Source: Eledone cirrhosa
Taxonomy: Eukaryota
Assembly: GCA_964016885.1 (NCBI GenBank)
Contig: OZ024740.1
Coordinates: forward strand, 341,744,001-341,808,000
Length of the DNA stretch: 64,000 nt
Direction: 5' to 3'
The notes beneath the pieces are model-generated. The model was given only the letters and a program-made list of their open reading frames with translations, made no database searches and was not told the origin of the DNA. The position numbers were made by a program, and so were the translations under genes. Shown here one piece after another: positions 1 to 15,000 of this stretch. Every line of letters begins with the position of its first letter. Position 1 is the first letter of the stretch.

Positions 1-3000
1 TTCTCTATCTTGCCTGTAGTACCCTTCTCCTATAACTTGGTTCTCCATCTTGCCTGTAGTCCCCTTCTCCAATAACTTGGTTCTCTATCTTGCCTGTAGT
101 ACCATTCTCCTATAACTTGGTTCTCTATCTTGCCTGTAGTACCCCTCTCCTATAACTTGGTTCTCTATCTTGCCTGTAGTACCATTCTCCTATAACTTGG
201 TTCTCTATCTTGCCTGTAGTCCCCTTCTCCTATAACTTGGTTCTGTATTTTGCCTGTAGTCCCCTTCTCCTATAACTTGGTTCTGTATCTTGCCTGTAGA
301 CCCCTTCTCCTATAACTTGGTTCTCTATCTTACCTGTAGTCCCCTTCTCCTATAACTTCCTTCTGTATCTTGCCTGTAGTACCCCTCTCCTATAACTTGG
401 TTCTCTATCTTGCCTGTAGTACTCTTCTCCTATAACTTGGCTCTCTATCTTGCCTGTAGTACTCTTCTCCTATAACTTGGTTCTCTATCTTGCCTGCAGT
501 CCCCTTCTCCTATAACCTGGTTCTCTATCTTGCCTGTAGTACCCTTCTCCTATAACTTGGTTCTCTATCTTGCCTGTAGTCCCCTTCTCCTATAACTTGG
601 TTCACTATCTTGCCTGTAGTCCCCTTCTCCTATAAATTGGTTCTCTCTCTTACCTGTAGTACCCTTCTCCTATAACTTGGTTCTCTATCTTGCCTGTAGT
701 GTCCTTCTCCTATAACTTGGTTCTCTATCTTGCCTGTAGTACCCTTCTCCTATAACTTGGTTCTCTATCTTGCCTGTAGTCCCCTTCTCCTATAACTTGG
801 TTCTCTATCTTGCCTGTAGTACCCTTCTCCTATAACATGGTTCTCTATTTTGCCTGTAGTCCCCTTCTCCTATAACTTGGTTCTGTATCTTGCCTGTAGA
901 CCCCTTCTCCTATAACTTGGTTCTCTATCTTGCCTGTAGTACCCTTCTCCTATAACTTGGTTCTCTATCTTGCCTGTAGTCCCCTTCTCCTATAACTTGG
1001 TTCTCTATCTTGCCTGTAGTACCCTTCTCCTATAACATGGTTCTCTATTTTGCCTGTAGTCCCCTTCTCATATAACTTGGTTCTCTATCTTGCCTGTAGT
1101 ACCCTCCTCCTATAACTTGGTTCTCTATCTTGCCTGTAGTACCCTTCTCCTATAACTTGGTTCTCTATCTTGCCTGTAGTCCCCTTCTCCAATAACTTGG
1201 TTATCTATCTTGCCTGTAGTACCCTTCTCCTATAACTTGGTTCTCCATCTTGCCTGTAGTCCCCTTCTCCAATAACTTGGTTCTCTATCTTGCCTGTAGT
1301 ACCATTCTCCTATAACTTGGTTCTCTATCTTGCCTGTAGTACCCCTCTCCTATAACTTGGTTCTCTATCTTGCCTGTAGTACCATTCTCCTATAACTTGG
1401 TTCTCTATCTTGCCTGTAGTCCCCTTCTCCTATAACTTGGTTCTGTATTTTGCCTGTAGTCCCCTTCTCCTATAACTTGGTTCTCTATCTTGCCTGTAGT
1501 ACTCTTCTCCTATAACTTAGTTCTCTATCTTGCCTGCAGTCCCCTTCTCCTATAACCTGGTTCTCTATCTTGCCTGTAGTCCCCGTCTCCTATAACTTGG
1601 TTCACTATCTTGCCTGTAGTCCCCTTCTCCTATAACTTGGTTCTCTATCTTGCCTGTAGACCCCTTCTCCTATAAACTGGTTCTCTATCTTGCTTGTAGT
1701 CCCCTTCTCCTATAACTTGGTTCTCTATCTTGCTTGTAGTCCCCTTCTCCTATAACTTGGTTCTGTATCTTGCCTGTAGTCCCCTTCTCCTATAACTTGG
1801 TTCTGTATCTTGCCTGTAGACCCCTTCTCCTATAACTTGGTTCTCTATCTTACCTGTAGTCCCCTTCTCCTATAACTTCCTTCTGTATCTTGCCTGTAGT
1901 ACCCTTCTTCTATAACTTGGTTCTCTATCTTGCCTGTAGTCCCCTTCTCCAATAACTTGGTTCTCTATCTTGCCTGTAGTCCCCTTCTCCAATAACTTGG
2001 TTCTCTATCTTGCCTGTAGTACCCTTCTCCTATAACTTGGTTCTCTATCTTGCCTGTAGTACGCTTCTCCTATAACTTGGTTCTCTATCTTGCCTGTAGT
2101 CCCCTTCTCCTATAACTTGGTTCTCTATCTTGCTTGTAGTACCCTTCTCCTATAAATTGGTTCTCTATCTTGCCTGTAGTTCCCTTCTCCTATAACTTGG
2201 TTCTCTATCTTGCCTGTAGTCCCCTTCTCCTATAACTTGGTTCACTATCTTGCCTGTAGTCCCCTTCTCCTATAAATTGGTTCTCTATCTTACCTGTAGT
2301 ACCCTTCTCCTATAACTTGGTTCTCTATCTTGCCTGCAGTCCCCTTCTCCTATAACTTGGTTCTCTATCTTGACTGTAGAACCCTTCTCCTATAACTTGG
2401 TTCTCTATCTTGCCTGTAGACCCCTTCTCCTATAACCTGGTTCTCTATCTTGCTTGTAGTCCCCTTCTCCTATAACTTGGTTCTCTATCTTGCTTGTAGT
2501 CCCCTTCTCCTATAACTTGGTTCTGTATCTTGCCTGTAGACCCCTTCTCCTATAACTTGGTTCTGTATCTTGCCTGTAGACCCCTTCTCCTATAACTTGG
2601 TTCTCTATCTTACCTGTAGTACCCTTCTCCTATAACTTCCTTCTGTATCTTGCCTGTAGTACCCTTCTTCTATAACTTGGTTCTCTATCTTGCCTGTAGT
2701 CCCCTTCTCCAATAACTTGGTTCTCTATCTTGCCTGTAGTACCCTTCTCCTATAACTTGGTTCTCCATCTTGCCTGTAGTCCCCTTCTCCAATAACTTGG
2801 TTCTCTATCTTGCCTGTAGTACCATTCTCCTATAACTTGGTTCTCTATCTTGCCTGTAGTACCCCTCTCCTATAACTTGGTTCTCTATCTTGCCTGTAGT
2901 CCCCTTCTCCAATAACTTGGTTCTCTATCTTGCCTGTAGTACCCTTCTCCTATAACTTGGTTCTCCATCTTGCCTGTAGTCCCCTTCTCCAATAACTTGG

Positions 3001-6000
3001 TTCTCTATCTTGCCTGTAGTACCATTCTCCTATAACTTGGTTCTCTATCTTGCCTGTAGTACCCCTCTCCTATAACTTGGTTCTCTATCTTGCCTGTAGT
3101 ACCATTCTCCTATAACTTGGTTCTCTATCTTGCCTGTAGTCCCCTTCTCCTATAACTTGGTTCTGTATTTTGCCTGTAGTCCCCTTCTCCTATAACTTGG
3201 TTCTGTATCTTGCCTGTAGACCCCTTCTCCTATAACTTGGTTCTCTATCTTACCTGTAGTCCCCTTCTCCTATAACTTCCTTCTGTATCTTGCCTGTAGT
3301 ACCCCTCTCCTATAACTTGGTTCTCTATCTTGCCTGTAGTACTCTTCTCCTATAACTTGGCTCTCTATCTTGCCTGTAGTACTCTTCTCCTATAACTTGG
3401 TTCTCTATCTTGCCTGCAGTCCCCTTCTCCTATAACCTGGTTCTCTATCTTGCCTGTAGTACCCTTCTCCTATAACTTGGTTCTCTATCTTGCCTGTAGT
3501 GTCCTTCTCCTATAACTTGGTTCTCTATCTTGCCTGTAGTACCCTTCTCCTATAACTTGGTTCTCTATCTTGCCTGTAGTCCCCTTCTCCTATAACTTGG
3601 TTCTCTATCTTGCCTGTAGTACCCTTCTCCTATAACATGGTTCTCTATTTTGCCTGTAGTCCCCTTCTCCTATAACTTGGTTCTGTATCTTGCCTGTAGA
3701 CCCCTTCTCCTATAACTTGGTTCTGTATCTTGCCTGTAGACCCCTTCTCCTATAACTTGGTTCTCTATCTTACCTGTAGTACCCTTCTCCTATAACTTCC
3801 TTCTGTATCTTGCCTATAGTACCCTTCTCCTATAACTTGGTTCTCTATCTTGCCTGTAGTACCCTCCTCCTATAACTTGGTTCTCTATCTTGCCTGTAGT
3901 ACCCTTCTCCTATGACTTGGTTCTCTATCTTGCCTGTAGTCCCCTTCTCCAATAACTTGGTTCTCTATCTTGCCTGTAGTACCCTTCTCCTATAACTTGG
4001 TTCTCCATCTTGCCTGTAGTCCCCTTCTCCAATAACTTGGTTCTCTATCTTGCCTGTAGTACCATTCTCCTATAACTTGGTTCTCTATCTTGCCTGTAGT
4101 ACCCCTCTCCTATAACTTGGTTCTCTATCTTGCCTGTAGTACCATTCTCCTATAACTTGGTTCTCTATCTTGCCTGTAGTCCCCTTCTCCTATAACTTGG
4201 TTCTGTATTTTGCCTGTAGTCCCCTTCTCCTATAACTTGGTTCTCTATCTTGCCTGTAGTACTCTTCTCCTATAACTTAGTTCTCTATCTTGCCTGCAGT
4301 CCCCTTCTCCTATAACCTGGTTCTCTATCTTGCCTGTAGTCCCCTTCTCCTATAACTTGGTTCTCTATCTTGCCTGTAGACCCCTTCTCCTATAACCTGG
4401 TTCTCTATCTTGCTTGTAGTCCCCTTCTCCTATAACTTGGTTCTCTATCTTGCTTGTAGTCCCCTTCTCCTATAACTTGGTTCTGTATCTTGCCTGTAGA
4501 CCCCTTCTCCTATAACTTGGTTCTGTATCTTGCCTGTAGACCCCTTCTCCTATAACTTGGTTCTCTATCTTACCTGTAGTCCCCTTCTCCTATAACTTCC
4601 TTCTGTATCTTGCCTGTAGTACCCTTCTTCTATAACTTGGTTCTCTATCTTGCCTGTAGTCCCCTTCTCCAATAACTTGGTTCTCTATCTTGCCTGTAGT
4701 ACCCTTCTCCTATAACTTGGTTCTCCATCTTGCCAGTAGTCCCCTTCTCCAATAACTTGGTTCTCTATCTTGCCTGTAGTACCATTCTCCTATAACTTGG
4801 TTCTCTATCTTGCCTGTAGTACCCCTCTCCTATAACTTGGTTCTCTATCTTGCCTGTAGTACCATTCTCCTATAACTTGGTTCTCTATCTTGCCTGTAGT
4901 CCCCTTCTCCTATAACTTGGTTCTGTATTTTGCCTGTAGTCCCCTTCTCCTATAACTTGGTTCTGTATCTTGCCTGTAGACCCCTTCTCCTATAACTTGG
5001 TTCTCTATCTTACCTGTAGTCCCCTTCTCCTATAACTTCCTTCTGTATCTTGCCTGTAGTACCCCTCTCCTATAACTTGGTTCTCTATCTTGCCTGTAGT
5101 ACTCTTCTCCTATAACTTGGCTCTCTATCTTGCCTGTAGTACTCTTCTCCTATAACTTGGTTCTCTATCTTGCCTGCAGTCCCCTTCTCCTATAACCTGG
5201 TTCTCTATCTTGCCTGTAGTACCCTTCTCCTATAACTTGGTTCTCTATCTTGCCTGTAGTCCCCTTCTCCTATAACTTGGTTCACTATCTTGCCTGTAGT
5301 CCCCTTCTCCTATAAATTGGTTCTCTATCTTACCTGTAGTACCCTTCTCCTATAACTTGGTTCTCTATCTTGCCTGTAGTGTCCTTCTCCTATAACTTGG
5401 TTCTCTATCTTGCCTGTAGTACCCTTCTCCTATAACTTGGTTCTCTATCTTGCCTGTAGTCCCCTTCTCCTATAACTTGGTTCTCTATCTTGCCTGTAGT
5501 ACCCTTCTCCTATAACATGGTTCTCTATTTTGCCTGTAGTCCCCTTCTCCTATAACTTGGTTCTCTATCTTGCTTGTAGTCCCCTTCTCCTATAACTTGG
5601 TTCTCTATCTTGCTTGTAGTCCCCTTCTCCTATAACTTGGTTCTGTATCTTGCCTGTAGAGCCCTTCTCCTATAACTTGGTTCTGTATCTTGCCTGTAGA
5701 CCCCTTCTCCTATAACTTGGTTCTCTATCTTACCTGTAGCCCCTTCTCCTATAACTTCCTTCTGTATCTTGCCTGTAGTACCCTTCTCCTATAACTTGGT
5801 TCTCTATCTTGCCTGTAGTACCCTCCTCCTATAACTTGGTTCTCTATCTTGCCTGTAGTACCCTTCTCCTATAACTTGGTTCTCTATCTTGCCTGTAGTC
5901 CCCTTCTCCAATAACTTGGTTCTCTATCTTGCCTGTAGTACCCTTCTCCTATAACTTGGTTCTCCATCTTGCCTGTAGTCCCCTTCTCCAATAACTTGGT

Positions 6001-9000
6001 TCTCTATCTTGCCTGTAGTACCATTCTCCTATAACTTGGTTCACTATCTTGCCTGTAGTCCCCTTCTCCTATAAATTGGTTCTCTCTCTTACCTGTAGTA
6101 CCCTTCTCCTATAACTTGGTTCTCTATCTTGCCTGTAGTGTCCTTCTCCTATAACTTGGTTCTCTATCTTGCCTGTAGTAACCTTCTCCTATAACTTGGT
6201 TCTCTATCTTGCCTGTAGTCCCCTTCTCCTATAACTTGGTTCTCTATCTTGCCTGTAGTACCCTTCTCCTATAACATGGTTCTCTATTTTGCCTGTAGTC
6301 CCCTTCTCCTATAACTTGGTTCTGTATCTTGCCTGTAGACCTCTTCTCCTATAACTTGGTTCTGTATCTTGCCTGTAGACCCCTTCTCCTATAACTTGGT
6401 TCTCTATCTTACCTGTAGTCCCCTTCTCCTATAACTTCCTTCTGTATCTTGCCTGTAGTACCCTTCTCATATAACTTGGTTCTCTATCTTGCCTGTAGTA
6501 CCCTCCTCCTATAACTTGGTTCTCTATCTTGCCTGTAGTACCCTTCTCCTATAACTTGGTTCTCTATCTTGCCTGTAGTCCCCTTCTCCAATAACTTGGT
6601 TCTCTATCTTGCCTGTAGTACCATTCTCCTATAACTTGGTTCTCTATCTTGCCTGTAGTACCCTTCTCCTATAACTTGGTTCTGTATTTTGCCTGTAGTC
6701 CCCTTCTCCTATAACTTGGTTCTCTATCTTGCCTGTAGTACTCTTCTCCTATAACTTAGTTCTCTATCTTGCCTGCAGTCCCCTTCTCCTATAACCTGGT
6801 TCTCTATCTTGCCTGTAGTCCCCGTCTCCTATAACTTGGTTCACTATCTTGCCTGTAGTCCCCTTCTCCTATAACTTGGTTCTCTATCTTGCCTGTAGAC
6901 CCCTTCTCCTATAAACTGGTTCTCTATCTTGCTTGTAGTCCCCTTCTCCTATAACTTGGTTCTCTATCTTGCTTGTAGTCCCCTTCTCCTATAACTTGGT
7001 TCTGTATCTTGCCTGTAGACCCCTTCTCCTATAACTTGGTTCTGTATCTTGCCTGTAGACCCCTTCTCCTATAACTTGGTTCTCTATCTTACCTGTAGTC
7101 CCCTTCTCCTATAACTTCCTTCTGTATCTTGCCTGTAGTACCCTTCTTCTATAACTTGGTTCTCTATCTTGCCTGTAGTCCCCTTCTCCAATAACTTGGT
7201 TCTCTATCTTGCCTGTAGTCCCCTTCTCCAATAACTTGGTTCTCTATCTTGCCTGTAGTACCCTTCTCCTATAACTTGGTTCTCTATCTTGCCTGTAGTA
7301 CGCTTCTCCTATAACTTGGTTCTCTATCTTGCCTGTAGTCCCCTTCTCCTATAACTTGGTTCTCTATCTTGCCTGTAGTACCCTTCTCCTATAAATTGGT
7401 TCTCTATCTTGCCTGTAGTCCCCTTCTCCTATAACTTGGTTCTCTATCTTGCCTGTAGTCCCCTTCTCCTATAACTTGGTTCACTATCTTGCCTGTAGTC
7501 CCCTTCTCCTATAAATTGGTTCTCTATCTTACCTGTAGTACCCTTCTCCTATAACTTGGTTCTCTATCTTGCCTGCAGTCCCCTTCTCCTATAACTTGGT
7601 TCTCTATCTTGACTGTAGAACCCTTCTCCTATAACTTGGTTCTCTATCTTGCCTGTAGACCTCTTCTCCTATAACCTGGTTCTCTATCTTGCTTGTAGTC
7701 CCCTTCTCCTATAACTTGGTTCTCTATCTTGCTTGTAGTCCCCTTCTCCTATAACTTGGTTCTGTATCTTGCCTGTAGACCCCTTCTCCTATAACTTGGT
7801 TCTGTATCTTGCCTGTAGACCCCTTCTCCTATAACTTGGTTCTCTATCTTACCTGTAGTCCCCTTCTCCTATAACTTCCTTCTGTATCTTGCCTGTAGTA
7901 CCCTTCTTCTATAACTTGGTTCTCTATCTTGCCTGTAGTCCCCTTCTCCTATAACTTGGTTCTCTATCTTGCCTGTAGTACCCTTCTCCTATAAATTGGT
8001 TCTCTATCTTGCCTGTAGTCCCCTTCTCCTATAACTTGGTTCTCTATCTTGCCTGTAGTCCGCTTCTCCTATAACTTGGTTCACTATCTTGCCTGTAGTC
8101 CCCTTCTCCTATAAATTGGTTCTCTATCTTACCTGTAGTACCCTTCTCCTATAACTTGGTTCTCTATCTTGCCTGCAGTCCCCTTCTCCTATAACTTGGT
8201 TCTCTATCTTGACTGTAGAACCCTTCTCCTATAACTTGGTTCTCTATCTTGCCTGTAGACCTCTTCTCCTATAACCTGGTTCTCTATCTTGCTTGTAGTC
8301 CCCTTCTCCTATAACTTGGTTCTCTATCTTGCTTGTAGTCCCCTTCTCCTATAACTTGGTTCTGTATCTTGCCTGTAGACCCCTTCTCCTATAACTTGGT
8401 TCTGTATCTTGCCTGTAGACCCCTTCTCCTATAACTTGGTTCTCTATCTTACCTGTAGTCCCCTTCTCCTATAACTTCCTTCTGTATCTTGCCTGTAGTC
8501 CACTTCTCCAATAACTTGGTTCTCTATCTTGCCTGTAGTACCCTTCTCCTATAACTTGGTTCTCCATCTTGCCTGTAGTCCCCTTCTCCAATAACTTGGT
8601 TCTCTATCTTGCCTGTAGTACCATTCTCCTATAACTTGGTTCTCTATCTTGCCTGTAGTACCCCTCTCCTATAACTTGGTTCTCTATCTTGCCTGTAGTA
8701 CCATTCTCCTATAACTTGGTTCTCTATCTTGCCTGTAGTCCCCTTCTCCTATAACTTGGTTCTGTATTTTGCCTGTAGTCCCCTTCTCCTATAACTTGGT
8801 TCTGTATCTTGCCTGTAGACCCCTTCTCCTATAACTTGGTTCTCTATCTTACCTGTAGTCCCCTTCTCCTATAACTTCCTTCTGTATCTTGCCTGTAGTA
8901 CCCCTCTCCTATAACTTGGTTCTCTATCTTGCCTGTAGTACTCTTCTCCTATAACTTGGCTCTCTATCTTGCCTGTAGTACTCTTCTCCTATAACTTGGT

Positions 9001-12000
9001 TCTCTATCTTGCCTGCAGTCCCCTTCTCCTATAACCTGGTTCTCTATCTTGCCTGTAGTACCCTTCTCCTATAACTTGGTTCTCTATCTTGCCTGTAGTC
9101 CCCTTCTCCTATAACTTGGTTCACTATCTTGCCTGTAGTCCCCTTCTCCTATAAATTGGTTCTCTATCTTACCTGTAGTACCCTTCTCCTATAACTTGGT
9201 TCTCTATCTTGCCTGTAGTGTCCTTCTCCTATAACTTGGTTCTCTATCTTGCCTGTAGTACCCTTCTCCTATAACTTGGTTCTCTATCTTGCCTGTAGTC
9301 CCCTTCTCCTATAACTTGGTTCTCTATCTTGCCTGTAGTACCCTTCTCCTATAACATGGTTCTCTATTTTGCCTGTAGTCCCCTTCTCCTATAACTTGGT
9401 TCTCTATCTTGCTTGTAGTCCCTTCTCCTATAACTTGGTTCTCTATCTTGCTTGTAGTCCCCTTCTCCTATAACTTGGTTCTGTATCTTGCCTGTAGACC
9501 CCTTCTCCTATAACTTGGTTCTGTATCTTGCCTGTAGACCCCTTCTCCTATAACTTGGTTCTCTATCTTACCTGTAGTCCCCTTCTCCTATAACTTCCTT
9601 CTGTATCTTGCCTGTAGTACCCTTCTCCTATAACTTGGTTCTCTATCTTGCCTGTAGTACCCTCCTCCTATAACTTGGTTCTCTATCTTGCCTGTAGTAC
9701 CCTTCTCCTATAACTTGGTTCTCTATCTTGCCTGTAGTCCCCTTCTCCAATAACTTGGTTCTCTATCTTGCCTGTAGTCCCCGTCTCCTATAACTTGGTT
9801 CACTATCTTGCCTGTAGTCCCCTTCTCCTATAACTTGGTTCTCTATCTTGCCTGTAGACCCCTTCTCCTATAAACTGGTTCTCTATCTTGCTTGTAGTCC
9901 CCTTCTCCTATAACTTGGTTCTCTATCTTGCTTGTAGTCCCCTTCTCCTATAACTTGGTTCTGTATCTTGCCTGTAGACCCCTTCTCCTATAACTTGGTT
10001 CTGTATCTTGCCTGTAGACCCCTTCTCCTATAACTTGGTTCTCTATCTTACCTGTAGTCCCCTTCTCCTATAACTTCCTTCTGTATCTTGCCTGTAGTAC
10101 CCTTCTTCTATAACTTGGTTCTCTATCTTGCCTGTAGTCCCCTTCTCCAATAACTTGGTTCTCTATCTTGCCTGTAGTCCCCTTCTCCAATAACTTGGTT
10201 CTCTATCTTGCCTGTAGTACCCTTCTCCTATAACTTGGTTCTCTATCTTGCCTGTAGTACGCTTCTCCTATAACTTGGTTCTCTATCTTGCCTGTAGTCC
10301 CCTTCTCCTATAACTTGGTTCTCTATCTTGCCTGTAGTACCCTTCTCCTATAAATTGGTTCTCTATCTTGCCTGTAGTCCCCTTCTCCTATAACTTGGTT
10401 CTCTATCTTGCCTGTAGTCCCCTTCTCCTATAACTTGGTTCACTATCTTGCCTGTAGTCCCCTTCTCCTATAAATTGGTTCTCTATCTTACCTGTAGTAC
10501 CCTTCTCCTATAACTTGGTTCTCTATCTTGCCTGCAGTCCCCTTCTCCTATAACTTGGTTCTCTATCTTGACTGTAGAACCCTTCTCCTATAACTTGGTT
10601 CTCTATCTTGCCTGTAGACCTCTTCTCCTATAACCTGGTTCTCTATCTTGCTTGTAGTCCCCTTCTCCTATAACTTGGTTCTCTATCTTGCTTGTAGTCC
10701 CCTTCTCCTATAACTTGGTTCTGTATCTTGCCTGTAGACCCCTTCTCCTATAACTTGGTTCTGTATCTTGCCTGTAGACCCCTTCTCCTATAACTTGGTT
10801 CTCTATCTTACCTGTAGTCCCCTTCTCCTATAACTTCCTTCTGTATCTTGCCTGTAGTACCCTTCTTCTATAACTTGGTTCTCTATCTTGCCTGTAGTCC
10901 CCTTCTCCAATAACTTGGTTCTCTATCTTGCCTGTAGTACCCTTCTCCTATAACTTGGTTCTCCATCTTGCCTGTAGTCCCCTTCTCCAATAACTTGGTT
11001 CTCTATCTTGCCTGTAGTACCATTCTCCTATAACTTGGTTCTCTATCTTGCCTGTAGTACCCCTCTCCTATAACTTGGTTCTCTATCTTGCCTGTAGTAC
11101 CATTCTCCTATAACTTGGTTCTCTATCTTGCCTGTAGTCCCCTTCTCCTATAACTTGGTTCTGTATTTTGCCTGTAGTCCCCTTCTCCTATAACTTGGTT
11201 CTCTATCTTACCTGTAGTCCCCTTCTCCTATAACTTCCTTCTGTATCTTGCCTGTAGTACCCCTCTCCTATAACTTGGTTCTCTATCTTGCCTGTAGTAC
11301 TCTTCTCCTATAACTTGGCTCTCTATCTTGCCTGTAGTACTCTTCTCCTATAACTTGGTTCTCTATCTTGCCTGCAGTCCCCTTCTCCTATAACCTGGTT
11401 CTCTATCTTGCCTGTAGTACCCTTCTCCTATAACTTGGTTCTCTATCTTGCCTGTAGTCCCCTTCTCCTATAACTTGGTTCACTATCTTGCCTGTAGTCC
11501 CCTTCTCCTATAAATTGGTTCTCTATCTTACCTGTAGTACCCTTCTCCTATAACTTGGTTCTCTATCTTGCCTGTAGTGTCCTTCTCCTATAACTTGGTT
11601 CTCTATCTTGCCTGTAGTACCCTTCTCCTATAACTTGGTTCTCTATCTTGCCTGTAGTCCCCTTCTCCTATAACTTGGTTCTCTATCTTGCCTGTAGTAC
11701 CCTTCTCCTATAACATGGTTCTCTATTTTGCCTGTAGTCCCCTTCTCCTATAACTTGGTTCTCTATCTTGCTTGTAGTCCCCTTCTCCTATAACTTGGTT
11801 CTCTATCTTGCTTGTAGTCCCCTTCTCCTATAACTTGGTTCTGTATCTTGCCTGTAGACCCCTTCTCCTATAACTTGGTTCTGTATCTTGCCTGTAGACC
11901 CCTTCTCCTATAACTTGGTTCTCTATCTTACCTGTAGTCCCCTTCTCCTATAACTTCCTTCTGTATCTTGCCTGTAGTACCCTTCTCCTATAACTTGGTT

Positions 12001-15000
12001 CTCTATCTTGCCTGTAGTACCCTCCTCCTATAACTTGGTTCTCTATCTTGCCTGTAGTACCCTTCTCCTATAACTTGGTTCTCTATCTTGCCTGTAGTCC
12101 CCTTCTCCAATAACTTGGTTCTCTATCTTGCCTGTAGTACCCTTCTCCTATAACTTGGTTCTCCATCTTGCCTGTAGTCCCCTTCTCCAATAACTTGGTT
12201 CTCTATCTTGCCTGTAGTACCATTCTCCTATAACTTGGTTCTCTATCTTGCCTGTAGTACCCCTCTCCTATAACTTGGTTCTCTATCTTGCCTGTAGTAC
12301 CATTCTCCTATAACTTGGTTCTCTATCTTGCCTGTAGTCCCCTTCTCCTATAACTTGGTTCTGTATTTTGCCTGTAGTCCCCTTCTCCTATAACTTGGTT
12401 CTCTATCTTGCCTGTAGTACTCTTCTCCTATAACTTGGTTCTCTATCTTGCCTGTAGTACTCTTCTCCTATAACTTAGTTCTCTATCTTGTCTGCAGTCC
12501 CCTTCTCCTATAACCTGGTTCTCTATCTTGCCTGTAGTCCCCGTCTCCTATAACTTTGTTCACTATCTTGCCTGTAGTCCCCTTCTCCTATAACTTGGTT
12601 CTCTATCTTGCCTGTAGACTCCTTCTCCTATAACCTGGTTCTCTATCTTGCTTGTAGTCCCCTTCTCCTATAACTTGGTTCTCTATCTTGCTTGTAGTCC
12701 CCTTCTCCTATAACTTGGTTCTGTATCTTGCCTGTAGACCCCTTCTCCTATAACTTGGTTCTGTATCTTGCCTGTAGACCCCTTCTCCTATAACTTGGTT
12801 CTCTATCTTACCTGTAGTCCCCTTCTCCTATAACTTCCTTCTGTATCTTGCCTGTAGTACCCTTCTTCTATAACTTGGTTCTCTATCTTGCCTGTAGTCC
12901 CTTCTCCAATAACTTGGTTCTCTATCTTGCCTGTAGTACCCTTCTCCTATAACTTGGTTCTCTATCTTGCCTGTAGTACGCTTCTCCTATAACTTGGTTC
13001 TCTATCTTGCCTGTAGTCCCCTTCTCCTATAACTTGGTTCTCTATCTTGCCTGTAGTACCCTTCTCCTATAACTTGGTTCTCTATCTTGCCTGTAGTACC
13101 CTTCTCCTATAACTTGGTTCTCTATCTTGCCTGTAGTACCCTTCTCCTATAACTTGGTTCTCTATCTTGCCTGTAGTCCCCTTCTCCTATAACTTGGTTC
13201 TCTATCTTGCCTGTAGTCCCTTTCTCCTATAACTTGGTTCTCTATCTTGCCTGTAGTCCCCTTCTCCTATAACTTCGTTCTCTATCTTGCCTGTAGTACC
13301 CTTAACGTATAACTTGGTTCTCTATCTTGCCTGTAGTACACTTCTCCTATAACTTGGTTCTCTATCTTGCCTGTAGTACCCTTCTCCTATAACTTGGTTC
13401 TCTATCTTGCTTGTAGTCCCCTTCTCCTATAACTTGGTTCTCTATCTTGCCTGTAGTCCCCTTCTCCTATAACTTGGTTCTCTATCTTGCCTGTAGTCCC
13501 CTTCTCCTATAACTTGGTTCTCTATCTTGCCTGTAGTACCCTTCTCCTATAACTTCGTTCTCTATCTTGCCTGTAGTCCCCTTCTCCTATAACTTGGTTC
13601 TCTATTTTGCCTGTAGTACCCTTCTCCTATAACTTAGTTCTCTATCTTGCCTGTAGTCCCCTCCTCCTATAATTTCGTTCTCTATCTTGCTTGTAGTCCC
13701 CTTCTCCTATAACTTGGTTCTCTATCTTGCCTGTAGTCCCCTTCTCCTATAACTTGGTTCTCTATCTTGCCTGTAGTCCCCTTCTCCTATAACTTGGTTC
13801 TGTATTTTGTCTGTAGTCCCCTTCTCCTATAACTTGCTTCTCTATCTTGCCTGTAGTACCCTTCTCCTATAACTTGGTTCTCTATCTTGCCTGTAGTACC
13901 CTTCTCCTATAACTTGGTTCTGTATTTTGCCTGTAGTCCCCTTCTCCTATAACTTGCTTCTCTATCTTGCCTGTAGTCCCCTTCTCCTATAAATTGGTTC
14001 TCTATCTTGCCTGTAGTCCCCTTCTCCTATAACGTGGTTCTCTATCTTACCTGTAGTACCCTTCTCCTATAACTTGGTTCTCTATCTTGCCTGTAGTCCC
14101 CTTCTCCTATAACTTGGTTCTCTATATTGCCTGTAGTCCCCTTCTCCTATAACTTGGTTCTCTATCTTGCCTGTAGTACCCTTCTCCTATAACTTGGTTC
14201 TCTATCTTGCCTGTAGTACCCTTCTCCTATAACTTGGTTCTCTATCTTGCCTGTAGTACCCTTCTCCTATAACTTGGTTCTCTATCTTGCCTGTAGTACC
14301 CTTCTCCTATAACTTGGTTCTCTATCTTGCCTGTAGTACTCTTCTCCTATAACTTGGTTCTCTATCTTGCCTGTAGCACTCTTCTCCTATAACTTGGTTC
14401 TCTATCTTGCCTGCAGTGCCCTTCTCCTATAACCTGGTTCTCTGTCTTGCCTGTAGTACCCTTCTCCTATAACTTGGTTCTCTATCTTGCCTGTAGTCCC
14501 CTTCTCCTATAACCTGGTTCTCTATCTTGCCTGTAGTCCCCTTCTCCTATAACTTGGTTCACTATCTTGCCTGTAGTCCCCTTCTCCTATAAATTGGTCC
14601 TCTATCTTACCTGTAGTACCCTTCTCCTATAACTTGGTTCTCTATCTTGCCTGTAGTGTCCTTCTCCTATAACTTGGTTCTCTATCTTGCCTGTAGTACC
14701 CTTCTCCTATAACTTGGTTCTCTATCTTGCCTGTAGTCCCCTTCTCCTATAACTTGGTTCTCTATCTTGCCTGTAGTACCCTTCTCCTATAACATGGTTC
14801 TCTATTTTGCCTGTAGTCCCCTTCTCCTATAACTTGGTTCTCTATCTTGCCTGTAGTACCATTCTCCTATAACTTGGTTCTCTATCTTGCCTGTAGTCCC
14901 CTTCTCCTATAACTTGGTTCTCTATCTTGCCTGTAGTCCCCTTCTCCTATAACTTGGTTCTCTATCTTGCCTGTAGTCCCCTTCTCCTATAACTTGGTTC